DNA of 64,000 bases, taken from the NCBI GenBank assembly GCA_963804165.1, contig CAWDPO010000003.1, forward strand, positions 64,001 through 128,000. The letters run 5' to 3'. Source of the DNA: an uncultured delta proteobacterium (GTDB lineage: Bacteria; Desulfobacterota; Binatia; UBA9968). Made by a program: the position numbers and the translations under genes. Position 1 is the stretch's first letter; the number at the start of each line of letters is the position of its first letter. The notes beneath the pieces were generated by a model, which saw nothing but the letters and a program-made list of their open reading frames with translations, was not told where the DNA came from and did no database searches. Below are positions 38,894 to 50,749 of this stretch, piece by piece.

Positions 38894-39205
38894 ATGCTAC
38901 TACGAAAATTGCAAAGGGTCGTACTAGCGCTACTGTTGGTCGGCGCTGTTTCTGGTTGCCAAGCGCTTACCGGTGAGACTATGGGTGAACATATCGATGA
39001 CACCACGATCACGAGTACTGTTAAGACACGGCTCGCACAGGAGAAGGGGGCGAGCCTGACGCGCATCCAAGTCGACACCGACCGCGGCGTAGTCCAGCTA
39101 TCCGGCGTGGTCGAGACAGCCGCCGAAAAAGCGCGAGCCGAGCAGATCGCGCGCGGAGTGGGCGGCGTCAAGAGCGTAAGAAACAATCTGCAAGCCCAGC
39201 GGTAG
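38894..39205 (+). CDS. BON domain lipoprotein
   Basis: Lipobox VSGC, DDTTITSTVK, GVVQLSG, GVKSVRNNL. Confidence 0.9.
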   Translation: MLLRKLQRVVLALLLVGAVSGCQALTGETMGEHIDDTTITSTVKTRLAQEKGASLTRIQVDTDRGVVQLSGVVETAAEKARAEQIARGVGGVKSVRNNLQAQR

Positions 39206-39213
39206 GCACGCAG

Positions 39214-40221
39214 CTAAAAGTTGCAGCGGCCTTCTTTTTCAAGCTCCTGCACCAGGGCAGCGTCGGTTAGATCTTGCGGCTTCAGCGCTCGTGCCGCCGG
39301 AATCAACGACGCCGTCATTTGGACGGCGAGCTCGATACCTTCGCTCTTTAAATGGGGCCGGGCGGGAATCACATCGGTTATATAGAGCCGATAGAGGTAT
39401 TCGATTCCTGCGCCGTCCAGGTTCCGACCGCTCTTGGCGACAAACTCCAACGCTTTCGCTTTATCTTTTCTGGCCAAAGCGATGCCTTCGCAAATCCCGG
39501 CCATGAATTTCTTTGCGTCTTCCCTACGGTTATTCAAGACCGTCGAGGCGATAGCATAATCGGCGCCGCCGCCGGCGTAGATTTTTAGCTGCTTGTGGTC
39601 GGTCAGCCTGTTGAGACGGTTTAGCTTCCCTGTCCTCTCCAAATCATACATCGCCTCGGCGGTCACCATCATGCCGGCGACGTTTCCATCGAGTAGACTC
39701 TTGACTCGGTCCGTGTTGCGGCCTTCGTCGAAATGAACCAACGTCACATCCTTCTCAGGATCGATGCCGAGTTTTCTAAGCGCCAAACGAGTCAATTGAT
39801 CCGGCGTGCTGCCCGGTTCACCGGTGCCAACTCTTTTCCCCTTCAGATCGGTCGCGCTTTTAATTGACGCGTCGGCGAAGAAGGCCGAATAGTTGTATCC
39901 TGTGTTGCCGACCAAAAGCATCGGCGTGCCGCCGGAAGCATTGTTATGAACGATGTGATTGGCGCTGGCGACGGCGATATCGGCCTCGCCTTTTTTTAAT
40001 GCGGCGAGCAGTTTTTCATTCGAGCCGGGATTGGTCCACGTGATTTTCAAGCCGCTGCGCTCGAAGATCCCCGTGTCGCGCGCCAGATACATCGGTAGCT
40101 TGCTGATGTTCCAAGGCGGGTAATAGAGGACACGGAGGGGATCAGTTTGCGCCGTATCAGTCGTAGAAAGCAATGAGGCTAAAACTACCGCGATGCGGAT
40201 CAGCATGGCTCGAATCTTCAT
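39214..40221 (-). CDS. ABC transporter substrate-binding protein
   Basis: Signal peptide, GIFERSGL, DLKGKRVG. Confidence 0.88.
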   Translation of the reverse strand: MKIRAMLIRIAVVLASLLSTTDTAQTDPLRVLYYPPWNISKLPMYLARDTGIFERSGLKITWTNPGSNEKLLAALKKGEADIAVASANHIVHNNASGGTPMLLVGNTGYNYSAFFADASIKSATDLKGKRVGTGEPGSTPDQLTRLALRKLGIDPEKDVTLVHFDEGRNTDRVKSLLDGNVAGMMVTAEAMYDLERTGKLNRLNRLTDHKQLKIYAGGGADYAIASTVLNNRREDAKKFMAGICEGIALARKDKAKALEFVAKSGRNLDGAGIEYLYRLYITDVIPARPHLKSEGIELAVQMTASLIPAARALKPQDLTDAALVQELEKEGRCNF

Positions 40222-40233
40222 GTCACTGCACCC

Positions 40234-41952
40234 TTACTTCTTAAACGAGACAATGAAATAGGCCGGCGCCGACTTCGAGGCGGAATCACCTTGACCAACC
40301 ACGATGATTGGATAGGTCCCCACTTGTTTGGTCAGTGCGAGCGGAACCGTCGCTTCGAGCTCACCAGGGCCGACGAATCGGGTTTCCAGTTCGTTGCCGT
40401 TCAACGTGACGCGGTGAAAACGGTCGAAACCGCTTCGCGTGGTCACTTTGATGGTCGCAGGCCCGGACGCCCTGGGCAAGCGAGCGCGGCGAGATTTCAA
40501 TTTCTTGCGGTGTTGCGCGCCACGGCCGAACCGCTGCAATCGGGTTTTTGTAATTGGCATGAAATTCATGATCGACAATCTTGCCGCCGAGCACGACCAG
40601 TTTTACATTTTGTACTGCCCATATGTCTTTCAGAGGATCGCCATCGACGGCGATAATGTCGGCGATTTTTCCCGGCTCGAGCGTGCCGAAATCTTTGTCT
40701 TTGCGGAAAGCTTTGGCGACGTTGATGGTCGCTGACTGGATCGCCTGCATGGGCGTCATGCCCGCTTCGACGAACATGACCAGTCTCCTGGTGAAGACCG
40801 AGACCCGGCAAGCCGTTATTGGGATCGGAGCCGGCTCGAATGAGCCCGCCGGCCTGGCTGTAGCGCCGGATGAAATCTTCAATTTTCTTATAGCCCGTCG
40901 CGCGCATTGTTCGAGCCGCTCGGGAGCGAAACTTCGCGTAACGCTCGTATTGTCCAAGCGCTTGCTCGCGCAACACGCCGCGGCAGATAACCGGCGCTTT
41001 CTTGTCGAGGATGGAAAGCTCGCGTTCTTTGAAACGAGCGACGCTCGGCGACAGCGGCCGATACCAAGTTGCGATGGTCGGGCTCCAGGAGACGTTTTTT
41101 TCAGTCATGGCTTTGACGATCTTGTCGAAATTTTCCGGCTCGTAGTAGTACGACAGATCGGCCGTATTGATTTTGCCGGTCATGCGCCGTTCGTGGATCT
41201 CCCAGCGCTTTTTCACATCGCCGATGGATGTCATGCCCGGCGCCCAGTGATGTTCGACACCGGCAAATCCCGCTTCGGCGGCGAGAAACACGTCGAGACA
41301 GTGGCAGGTGACCGGCAGACCCAAGCGATTGGCTTCCGTCCGCGCCGGCTTTGATCGCTTCAGGCGCGACGTATTCGTTGAACTTGATGATCTCGATGCC
41401 TTCTGCTTTCTTTTTCCGCACGGCGGCGCTCGCTTCTTCCGGCGTTTTGATCAAATGGCCGCGTTCGCCGCGCAGCGCCCACGGCGGTGGCGGGCCGACC
41501 AAGCGCCCGCCGGTGGACCAAATACGCGGGCCGCGAATCTTGCCAAGCTGCGTTCCGTCGCGTTGCGCCAGGGTCCACTCGTCGTCGTTCTGGGTAATAT
41601 CGGGACAGGTCGTGATTCCCAGATGAAGATAAATCTCGCCGACAAAGTCGAGCAGGTGGCAGTGGCCGTCGATCAAGCCGGGGAGAAGGGTTTTGCCCTT
41701 CGACGTCGATGACGCGCGCGCCGCGAGGAATCGCGACTTCGCCGCGTTTGCCGACGGCTTTGATCCGCTCTCCTTCGACGAGGATGACTGCGTCTTCAAC
41801 GGCGGCCGGCCGGTGGCGTCGATCAGCGTGCCGCCGTGTAAGACCAGCAGGCGCGGATTTCGCTGGGCCGCGACATGACTGTCGGCAATGAGAGCACCGT
41901 TAGGACAAATCAGAATGAAAGCTATCAATCCTCGACGAGGCAGGGTTTGCAT
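40234..41952 (-). pseudogene. Secreted amidohydrolase with IPT/TIG-like tail, multiply frameshifted (paralog of 18630-20432)
   Basis: LIDATG, PGLIDGHCH, VEHHW, AGSDP, GTLEPGKIAD, LETRFVG across frames. Confidence 0.8.
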
Positions 41953-41978
41953 TAAATCGTTCTCCTCGACGTCACAAG

Positions 41979-42978
41979 TTACTTGTTTACAGAATCGATA
42001 AAGCCGCTCTTCTCCAATTGTTCGACGACCGAGAAGTCGACAAACTGCTCAGGTTTGGGCAGCGGCTTTTTCCCGGGAAACTGATTCTCGACTCATAAAC
42101 TGAATCGCTTTCAAAGACGGGCGCGGGGTTTTTTGCAGCGTCGGCGCATAGTCCTGCCAGGTGCCTTCCAAGATCTCCTCATCGTTGATTTTGCCGTATT
42201 TGCCGAGGACTTTCTTACTGTACTCTTTGTCGGTGCGATAGCGATGCATGCCGCGGGTGAAGCCGCGCAGGAAGCGAGACGCGGTGTCGCGCTGTTGAGT
42301 TGATAAAGGTTCTGCGTCGTGATCACGGTGCCGTTGATGTCTTCGACGCCGAGCGTCGGCAAAATTGACCAACTCCCGCATGCCCAGCTTGGCGGCTTTT
42401 GGATACAGCGGATAACTCAAAGCGGCGGCTTGTACGATACCGTTGTGCAGCGCGGCAAAAGCTTCCGGTTGGGCGCCGAAGGTTAGATAGCGCCACATCT
42501 TTGTTCGGTTCGAGGTTGAATTGCTTCAGCGCGATCCGGACGACTTGATCCGAGGTCGAGCCGAACGTCGTGATGCCGGCCTTTTTCCCCTTCAAGTCTG
42601 ATGGCTGCTTGATCTCCGGGCCGAACCATCAAACGAAAGGGCGAGACCGTTCCGGTGGCGCCGATAATCACAACATCGGCGCCGGCGGCGGTGGCGGCTA
42701 CTGCCGCCGCTGCACCCGCCTGAATGATCGGCGCGCTGCCGCCGAGCATGGCGGCGACCATGCGGTGCTTCCGCCGACACGAATCAATTCAACATCCAAA
42801 CCTTCGTCGAGAAAATAGCCGGCCTCCTTGGCAATCCATGCAGTGGCCCAGGAGCCGGCGAAGCTGGGGTAGAGAAGGCGCATCGGCGTCGGAGCCGACG
42901 CGGCGAAACTGACCGCCGGAAGTATAACAGAACGAGAGCTAACAATAGAGACAGTTGTTCGTAAGATCTTTTGAACAT
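41979..42978 (-). pseudogene. ABC substrate-binding protein, frameshifted
   Basis: WIAKEAGYFLDEGLDVE, LKGKKAGITTFGSTSD, QLEKSGFID across frames. Confidence 0.78.
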
Positions 42979-43009
42979 GCTTTCCTCCGTACCAGATATT
43001 TGAGATAAA

Positions 43010-44140
43010 ACCATTATCCAGCGCTTGCCGGCGACTTCGCGAAACAAGCGCATGAAGTTGCCGCCGAGGATTTTTCCACGACGTTTGCGGCATAGCCGCG
43101 CTGCAACAAAGCCGGCGGCGATCAAAGAAAATTCTTTATGGGTCGGGATCGCTGATGATCCATGTCGAGACCGAAGAGATCGGTGGCGACGCCGACATGG
43201 TCAGCGCCGATCAAGTTCTTCACATAGTCGATGTTTGTAAATAGTTGTCAAAGGTATTCGCGGCGGCGCAGGTAACGGCCAGATGCCGATGACACCGCCT
43301 TTCTTGGCGATGGCGAGGATGTCTTTATCGCCAAATGGCGCGCGAGCGTCCAACAGAATATGCACCCGTATGGGAGAAAATGACCGGATGTTGACTCTCG
43401 GCAAGAATGCCGGCCAAAGTTTCTGCGGAGCAATGGGCCGATGTCGATGACCATGCCGAGCTTATTCATCTCGCTCACGACTTCGCGGCCGAACGAGGTG
43501 AGACCATTATGCCGCGGGTCCTCGGTCTGAATATCGCCGATCTCATTGATGCGGTAATGCAGCAATTGCAAAACCCGCACGCCGCGGTCATAAAAGAGAT
43601 GACACGCGAGACAAATCGCCCTCCAGCGGATCGCTGCCCTCGATGGCCAGCACGGCGCAGGGCGTAGCCCTCTTTTTGGCTTCGACGATTTCCGCCGGGC
43701 GATCGGGCAGCGGCGATTTTTCCTTCTTTGGTGGCTTCAAGAACCTTGTCGAGTTGCTCCCGTGCTTCGGCGAAGCAATTCGCTCTTCTCTCGGTTTCCG
43801 GGATTCCGTAACGCCGGCCCGCGGGATCGCGTCTGATCGGCGGATGGTCACCGCGCGCCGCGAACAGTCGCCGAGATCCAGACCCCCGGCTCTCATGTTG
43901 GCAGGCACTTCGGGATCGAACCGCGGAAAGTGGCCCCGGCCAGAAGCGTTGGGATGGCAATGGAGATCTACGGTGATGGTTTCTTTCGAGATTTCCGCCG
44001 CCTCCGCGAGAAGAGTGTTGTCGCCGAGTATGGCACGCAGAAGAGCCGAATCGATGGACATCGCAACAGTGCCTGTCGAGAGCAGGCGCAAAAATCCGCG
44101 CCGCGAAATCGATGGATCGGCGCTGCCGGAGTTTTGCCAT
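43010..44140 (-). pseudogene. Membrane (renal) dipeptidase family protein with TAT signal, frameshifted
   Basis: SRRGFL, VDLHCH, LAIEG, GLTSFGREVVSEMNKLGMVID, KILGGNFMRLF. Confidence 0.78.
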
Positions 44141-44299
44141 TCAATTGGGTCGCCAGGGGCGATAGAAATCATTTGCGCGATGTTCCTCGCTCTTGAATCG
44201 GTGGCTGCCGTCGTTCGCTTCTGGCGCTTAGTGCATGTAAAGATTAAGACTCAGGGCGATCTCGCATGCAACGTGAAGATACATCAAAGCCGAGAGCAA

Positions 44300-45510
44300 T
44301 TGAAAAGTTCACCGGACGGCACAGTGGGGCCACGGCTTTCGGGGCGCAACTTGGCCCGCTTTATTTTCTCGTCGTCATCTTTCTCTGAATTTTGTTTCGC
44401 GAATTATCCTCTCGCCGCTCTTGCCGACGATCGAAAAAGAGTTGGCGATCAGCCATAGCCAAGCGGGATTTTTCTTCTTTTTGACTTCCGGCGGTTACCT
44501 GGTCGGGTTGTTATCCTCGGGTTTGCTGGCATCGCGAACGACACACCGATTGGCAATTGTGGTTTCGATCTCTGGCGTGGGCGTGGCCATGTTGACGCAT
44601 CGCCTTTGCCGCCAGAGCTGTGGCGTGATGCGCTGCGGGCTTTTTGGCGTTGGATTTGCCGCCGGGCTCTACATGCCGTCGGCGATCGCGACGATCACCT
44701 CGCTGGTCGATCGACGCGCACTGGGGCAAAGCCATCGCCGTGCACGAGGTGGCTCCAACTTGGCATTTTTTATCAGCCCGTTTATCGCCGAGCTGTTTCT
44801 TAAATGGTCAAGCTGGCGTTCCGCGCTGGGTACACTCGGCGCGCTGGCGTTAATCGCCGGCGCGTGTTAGTTTCGCCCGTTTCGGCCGCGGCGGCGAGTT
44901 TCCCGGAGAGTCGCCGCTATCGACGGCGTTTGGTACGCTGGCGCGAATGCCGGCATTCTGGCTGATGTATTTTGTTCGGTCTTGGGTGTCAGCTCCACAG
45001 TGGGTGTTTACGCGATGCTGCCGCTTTATCTCGTCGCGGAACGAAGACTTCGAACCGACCTGGGCGAACACGATTCTGGCCTTTTCCCGCGCGCATGGCC
45101 CGATTTTCGGGCTTCTCGGCGGCTGGGCGTCGGACAAGCTCGGAGCGAGACAAACGATCATGCATCAGCTTGGCATTCACCGGCGTAGTGACGTTACTGC
45201 TGGGTTTGCTGTCGGAGGCGTGGCCTGAGCGCTGCGGTGTTTTCCAGCCCTTGGTCGCCGTTTGGTTTTTCCCGGCGGCCTTTGCGGCGATCGCGATGAT
45301 CACGCCGCCAACGCGCGGAATCTCGCGGTGTCATTCTCGGTGCCGTTCGGAGTTCGTTATCGGCGGCGGCGTCAATTCCCACGTTCATCGGCGCCATGGG
45401 CGATGCCGGATCGTTTGCGATCGGATTCGCTTTCACCGGCGTCGTTGATCGCTGCGGGCGGCTCGATGGCGCTATTGCTCAGGTTGCCTCCGACCGGCGA
45501 CAAGAAGTGA
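44300..45510 (+). pseudogene. MFS transporter, frameshifted
   Basis: LPTIEKEL, GLYMPSAIATIT, WGKAIAVHE, GGWASDKLG across frames; start uncertain. Confidence 0.75.
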
Positions 45511-45554
45511 TCGGCGGTTGTTTTCGCCGCGGCCGCTGTTCTATAAATTGAATC

Positions 45555-46317
45555 ATGATGAACCTCAAGCGATTTCGCGGAAAAAATGCGCGAGAGCGAA
45601 CAGATACTGTGGTATTTACCGGCGCGGGAATCAGCACGGAATCCGGCATTCCGGATTTCCGCAGTCCAGGCGGCGTCTGGACGCGCTACCGGCCCGATCA
45701 CGTTTCAGGAGTACTTGAGCAGCGAAGTCGGCGCGCATCGAAGCTTGGAAACGGCGCCTCGACGGCTGGGAGCAATACAAAAACGCCAAACCGAACATCG
45801 GCCATTATTTTATCCACTCGTTGGATGCCAAAGGAAAACTCGTCGGGCTGATCACACAAAACGTCGACGGCTTGCACAGCGTGGCGGGACTGGCCGGACG
45901 AAAAGATCGTCGAGCTGCACGGCAGCAACGGCAAAGTTCTCTGTCTAAAGTGCGACCGGAGTTCGATCCCGACGAGGTTATCAAACGGCTGGTCGGGGGC
46001 TTCGAATCTCCCAAATGCGACGCGTGCGGCGGTATTCTCAAATCTGCGACGGTTTCCTTCGGCCAGGCGATGCCGGAGAAAGCGATGCGCGTCGGCGCAG
46101 GAGTGGACCGAGCAGGCGGAAATTTTCATCGTTATGGGCTCGTCGTTGCAGGTGCAGCCGGCGGCATCATTTCCGGTCGACCGCCAAACGCAACGGTGCG
46201 CTGCTGGCGATTATCAACCGCGAGCCGGGCCCGCTCGATGAAATCGCCGATTTCGTCCATCACGGTGCCATCGGCGAGTTTTGCGCGCGGTTCGGCGAAA
46301 TGATCGCGGACGGATAA
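45555..46317 (+). pseudogene. NAD-dependent deacylase (Sir2/CobB), frameshifted
   Basis: [48 protein letters not shown]. Confidence 0.85.
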
Positions 46318-46443
46318 ATCGGAAATCTCCCGTCAAAGACGCAAAGTTCGCAAAGAAAACAATAAAATAAATTCCGAACTTGGCGTCCTTAGCGCCTTGG
46401 CGCGAGGAATATCCGAGTCGATGTATGGCAACGGAGGTTCAAA

Positions 46444-47452
46444 ATGATCGATTGGAAAATGATCGACGCGGACGGTCATATCCGCGAAGTGGAGAGCGAC
46501 GTTTTCGAGTACCTACCGGAACACTACAAAAACCGCCGCGAGGCGGTGCTGTATTTTCCGCTGCTGCCGCACCATGGCTGGCATCGCCAGGCGGGCCACG
46601 GCGGCATGGGCGGCATCGTTTCTCATTCCTACTCTGCAGGATTGGCGCATGGCGCTGGAGCAAGGCAATATCGAAGCGGCGGTGGTTTATCCCACGCGCT
46701 TCATGCACATCGGCCAAGTCGGCATGACCGAGTTCGCCGTCGATTTGAGCAGCGCCTACAACGATTATCTATACGACCGCTTTCTGCGCGACGAGAACGC
46801 GCTTGAAGGGCATTGCGGTGTTGCCGCTGCAAGACGTTCCCGCTGCGGTGATCGAGTTGCGCCGCGCCGTGAAAGACTACGGCATGGTCGGCGGGGTGTT
46901 GCCGGCGGATGGCTTGCCGAGGCCCCTGGGTCATCCTGAGTTCCATCCACTCTACGAAGAGGCGAATCGTTTGGGCTGCATGCTCGCGGTGCACTCGCAG
47001 AATTCGCTGCGCAACAACGATCTTTTCATGTGGCGCGGTGAAGCGGCGACGCTGGCCCACGTCTGGCCGCAAATGCGCCAGTTCACCAACTTCATGTTTT
47101 CCGGGGTGCTCGGGAGATTTCCCGACTTGAAAATAGCTTTTCTCGAGGCGGGTTGCGGCTGGGTGCCTTATCTAATGAGCAAGATGGAAGCGCGCATGGG
47201 CGAAGCTGCCTGCGCCCGTCGAAACTGATCGAACGTGGGCAAATTTATTTTCAGTGTGGCGAAGAGATGACGACCAGCCGGGATCTGGAGCTGATCGGCG
47301 ACGAATGCCTGTTTTGGGCGTCGGACTTTCCCCACGAAGGGATCGTCGATATGAGCAAGGCGGTGAATGAATTCTTGAGCCGAGAGGATATTCCCGAAGC
47401 GGCAAAAAGAAAAATCAGCTACGACAATCCGAAAACGGCTTTACGGCAATTT
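46444..47452 (+). pseudogene. Amidohydrolase_2 family protein, frameshifted
   Basis: IDADGH, VYPT, AYND, LEAGCGW, WASDFPH. Confidence 0.8.
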
Positions 47453-47566
47453 AGAAATTCGCGTTTCAATTGTTCCAATCGTTCCAGCCGTTCCAATTGT
47501 TTAGCGGAATCGGGTTCCGGGCATTGGAACGACTGGAACGTATGAAACTATTGGAACTTTTGAGGT

Positions 47567-47956
47567 TCAGCCGTCGCTGACTTCCGCCGGAACCTGTTGC
47601 CGCATGTCTTTGCGCGTGACGTAGTCGATGATTTGGATCTTTTCTGCCGGGCCGGAGCGGTTGCCCATCATGATCATCGGGCCGTCGCCGGTGTTTTCCA
47701 AAGTATAAAACGAACCGCCGGTGATCAGCGCGGCCTGACCGGATGTAAGCCGCACTTTACCGCCGTCGGGAAAGCTCATCGTGCATTCGCCGTCGAGGAC
47801 GACGAACGTCTGGTCGGCGTTGTGGCAGTGCATGGCGTCTTTTTGTCCCGGCTGATAGTAGTGCATCCAGGAGTGGAAGCGCGGCGTGTTAAAGATGTTC
47901 TTGCGCCGTTTTTCCTTGTGCGCCATATCGACGAGATCGACGACTTCGATGCCCAT
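47567..47956 (-). CDS. Cupin domain protein
   Basis: MHCHNADQTFVVLDGE motif. Confidence 0.85.
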   Translation of the reverse strand: MGIEVVDLVDMAHKEKRRKNIFNTPRFHSWMHYYQPGQKDAMHCHNADQTFVVLDGECTMSFPDGGKVRLTSGQAALITGGSFYTLENTGDGPMIMMGNRSGPAEKIQIIDYVTRKDMRQQVPAEVSDG

Positions 47957-47985
47957 TGAAAATTCCTCCTCGTTGTTATTTTTCG

Positions 47986-48366
47986 CTATAAAACTGCGAT
48001 CACTTCAATTTGAAACAGGTTGTCGCCGCGCAGCTCGACTTTCGTCGCGTGGCGCGCCGGACGATCGTGCTCGTCCGGGAACATCTTGAGCCAGGCCTTG
48101 TTGACCGAGTCGCGGAGCTTTTCTTCTTTGAGGTACACCTTCATGTAAGCGATATTATCGGGCGCGCCGCCGGCGTTTTCCATGAACAAGCGCAGGTTGC
48201 GAAACATCGCTTCCGCCTGTTCGTCGGGGTCGGGCGACAACACGCCGGTCTTGGCGTCTTTGCCGGATATCGCAGAGGAAAAAATCAGATTGCCGATTGT
48301 CACGCCGTTGGGAATCGGCGCGCCGTGCTCCATGCCCTTAACATGAATGCTTTTTCTCTTCGCCAT
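47986..48366 (-). CDS. RidA/YjgF family protein
   Basis: FSSAISG, VYL, RPAR, FQIEVIA. Confidence 0.88.
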   Translation of the reverse strand: MAKRKSIHVKGMEHGAPIPNGVTIGNLIFSSAISGKDAKTGVLSPDPDEQAEAMFRNLRLFMENAGGAPDNIAYMKVYLKEEKLRDSVNKAWLKMFPDEHDRPARHATKVELRGDNLFQIEVIAVL

Positions 48367-48428
48367 GGGATCTCTCCTGATTGATTTATTCGCTTGAGGT
48401 TTTCATAGCACGAGGCGCGAACCCCCGT

Positions 48429-49928
48429 CTAGCCCGGGACAGGGATCCTTTTACCAAGCTCCTGATCGACGTGCCACATCGCCCGGCAGTCGTCTTCATT
48501 GTAGATCAGCGCTGGGTCGATGGCGAAGAGATCCTTGTTCTCCAAATAATCCCAGTAGCAAACCATCGATTGATACGCGCCGATGTCTTTCTGGCGCCAG
48601 TGAAAACCGAGCGCCGGCGCCACCGACTTAATCGAGAAGGTCGGCACGGGCAAATAAACGGCGTCTTGAATCGCTACTTTCAGATCGAAACAGTGGGGAA
48701 TGATCTGCGCCAGCGATCCCGCTAACGGCGGCCAGCGGCGCGCCACGCGGCGCATCTGGTGGATCTCGAAATCGGTCCAATGATAGAGCCGGACGTCGCG
48801 CGGATCACCGACATAGTCGATAAACTCTTCGAATATCCGCCCTTCATCTTCGGCGCCGCGACTGAGAAATTTGACGAACTGATCGCGTGAGCCGTCGTAA
48901 CAACCGATCAGATAGGTATGTGGCGGTTCAGTGGGATAGACGGCGTCGGTCGTCTCGAAATCGAAGTAGAGCAGCCGCTTGGCGCGGGGAATCTTAAGTT
49001 CATGGCCCGGCTTTAAAATCGGACCGGTGATCCTATAGGCTCGCGCGACGTGGTGCGCGATGGCGCCGTAGTGTTCGCCGACCATTTCAATAATCTCTTC
49101 CTGGCGGAGCGGCCACAGCTGATCGATGCGAGCGATGCCCGCATTGCGCAGTTTGTCGCGTTCGCGCTTGGGAATTCCTCCGAGGAGCACTAAATCATTC
49201 GCTGTCTGCGCATGATGGTTACCGTAGAATCGCCATGGTGAGCTCGTCGCGTGGGGCGGACGTTTGGTTTCGGGAATCAGTTCGCCGTCGCGCAACGATT
49301 TCCACAAATGGCGAGTGGACGCGAGATCCGTCTCGCATCCGATGTACGGAACCGTGTCAGTGCCGTTTTTAAGCACGAGGGTGAGCTGAGTTGGAACGTA
49401 ACCTTGGAGCAGCGCGACGCTCTGATTATAAAAGGCGGCTTGTAGGACATGATACGACTGCAAGGAGTTCGACCGCTTGAGCTCGACGACGCGGTAGTGA
49501 AACGAGCCGAGATCGGATCGGGCGGAATCATCGCGCACCAGGAGATCCCCTTTGCCATAGCTCTCTTGTCCGAGATCCCATAACTGCGGCTGATAGATCG
49601 CCGGCGCGCCGTCGAGCATGGCGCGAAGAGTATTCTTGAGCGCGTCGAAGCCGAACGCGGGTTGGATTTCGAGCGCGTCTGGAAAATGGGCGTTGACCCA
49701 TTGCCGCTCATGCTCGATGCCGTGTTGCATGCGCAGCTCGTCATAGCGCGTCGTTTCATCGACGGCCGCTTCTTTGGGGGCGTGGTATTCGCACCAGATC
49801 CAGAACGGATCTTTGAGCAGATAATAGGCGAGCGAAGGACGGAAGAGTTGATGCCGATTGAATTTGCGCCCGGCCGTGGCACGCTGGATCAGCTCTTCGA
49901 GCCGTATCTTGCTTTGCGATTGAGCCAT
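48429..49928 (-). CDS. TM0106-family RecB-like nuclease with RNase H-like C-terminal domain
   Basis: GKGDLL..YRVVELK...LQAAFY; YFDFET, FSIKSVA, YNEDDC. Confidence 0.88.
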   Translation of the reverse strand: MAQSQSKIRLEELIQRATAGRKFNRHQLFRPSLAYYLLKDPFWIWCEYHAPKEAAVDETTRYDELRMQHGIEHERQWVNAHFPDALEIQPAFGFDALKNTLRAMLDGAPAIYQPQLWDLGQESYGKGDLLVRDDSARSDLGSFHYRVVELKRSNSLQSYHVLQAAFYNQSVALLQGYVPTQLTLVLKNGTDTVPYIGCETDLASTRHLWKSLRDGELIPETKRPPHATSSPWRFYGNHHAQTANDLVLLGGIPKRERDKLRNAGIARIDQLWPLRQEEIIEMVGEHYGAIAHHVARAYRITGPILKPGHELKIPRAKRLLYFDFETTDAVYPTEPPHTYLIGCYDGSRDQFVKFLSRGAEDEGRIFEEFIDYVGDPRDVRLYHWTDFEIHQMRRVARRWPPLAGSLAQIIPHCFDLKVAIQDAVYLPVPTFSIKSVAPALGFHWRQKDIGAYQSMVCYWDYLENKDLFAIDPALIYNEDDCRAMWHVDQELGKRIPVPG

Positions 49929-49929
49929 T

Positions 49930-50703
49930 TTAATCGGACGGCGGATTCAGAAAGTCGACCACGATCTCAGAAAACTCGTCCGGCGCGTCGATGTGAACCC
50001 AATGGCCGGCGCCGGCAATGGTCTTGAATTGTGCTTGTGGAAACCGCGATCGGATTGACGGCAAATCACTTTCTTCGAGAAGGTTCGACCGGCCGCCGCG
50101 GATGAAGCAGGCGGGTTTGTTGAAAGGTTGTTCCACGATAACCGCTCTGGTCAGCTCATCGTAATTTTGCATGATTGCGTCCAGCGGGATGCGCCAGCGA
50201 AATCCATGATCGCCGTCCCGCTTCAGATTCTTCATCAGGAATTGTCTGGTGGCCTGATCCGGGATAGCTTCGCTGAGGACAGTGTCAATATCTCCGAAAG
50301 TTTTAAAAGCCGGCAGATTGAGGCCGCGAAGCGCCGCGAGCAATATTCTCTGTGTTGGCGGATAAGCTTTCGGCGCGATGTCGACGGCGATAAGTTTGTC
50401 GACCCTACCGGGATATTGCGCCGCGAACTGAATGGCGACTTTGCCGCCCATGGAATGACCGAGGACGAAGGACGTCCCCAGATCCTGCGCTTCGATAAAT
50501 TCTCGCAGGTCTTCAGCCATAATCGGGTAATTCATCACATTGCTGTGCGGCGATTGGCCGTGATTGCGTAGATCGACGCAATACACTTTGAAGCGGGTGG
50601 CCAGGCGTTTGCTCATGGCGCGCCAGTTGTCCGACGAACCGAGAAATCCGTGGAGAATGACCAGCGGGTGCCCGTCACCCTGAAGGTAAAAGTAGAGTTG
50701 CAT
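49930..50703 (-). CDS. Alpha/beta hydrolase (YbfF/ABHD11-like esterase)
   Basis: LHGFLGSSDNW, DLRNHG, GHSMGGK, DIAP, AGHWVH. Confidence 0.9.
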   Translation of the reverse strand: MQLYFYLQGDGHPLVILHGFLGSSDNWRAMSKRLATRFKVYCVDLRNHGQSPHSNVMNYPIMAEDLREFIEAQDLGTSFVLGHSMGGKVAIQFAAQYPGRVDKLIAVDIAPKAYPPTQRILLAALRGLNLPAFKTFGDIDTVLSEAIPDQATRQFLMKNLKRDGDHGFRWRIPLDAIMQNYDELTRAVIVEQPFNKPACFIRGGRSNLLEESDLPSIRSRFPQAQFKTIAGAGHWVHIDAPDEFSEIVVDFLNPPSD

Positions 50704-50749
50704 AGTTTCCGGGGTTGCACGCCCCGCCTGCAACTCTTACAAGATTGCC

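Noticed and set aside
35645-47565. Short periodic repeats as a CRISPR array
   Set aside because: Units are 7-9 bp with no unique spacers, and no cas genes are present
45555-49928. Sir2 plus RecB-like nuclease as an anti-phage system
   Set aside because: The Sir2 is a CobB-type deacylase with a zinc ribbon, on the opposite strand and separated by metabolic genes
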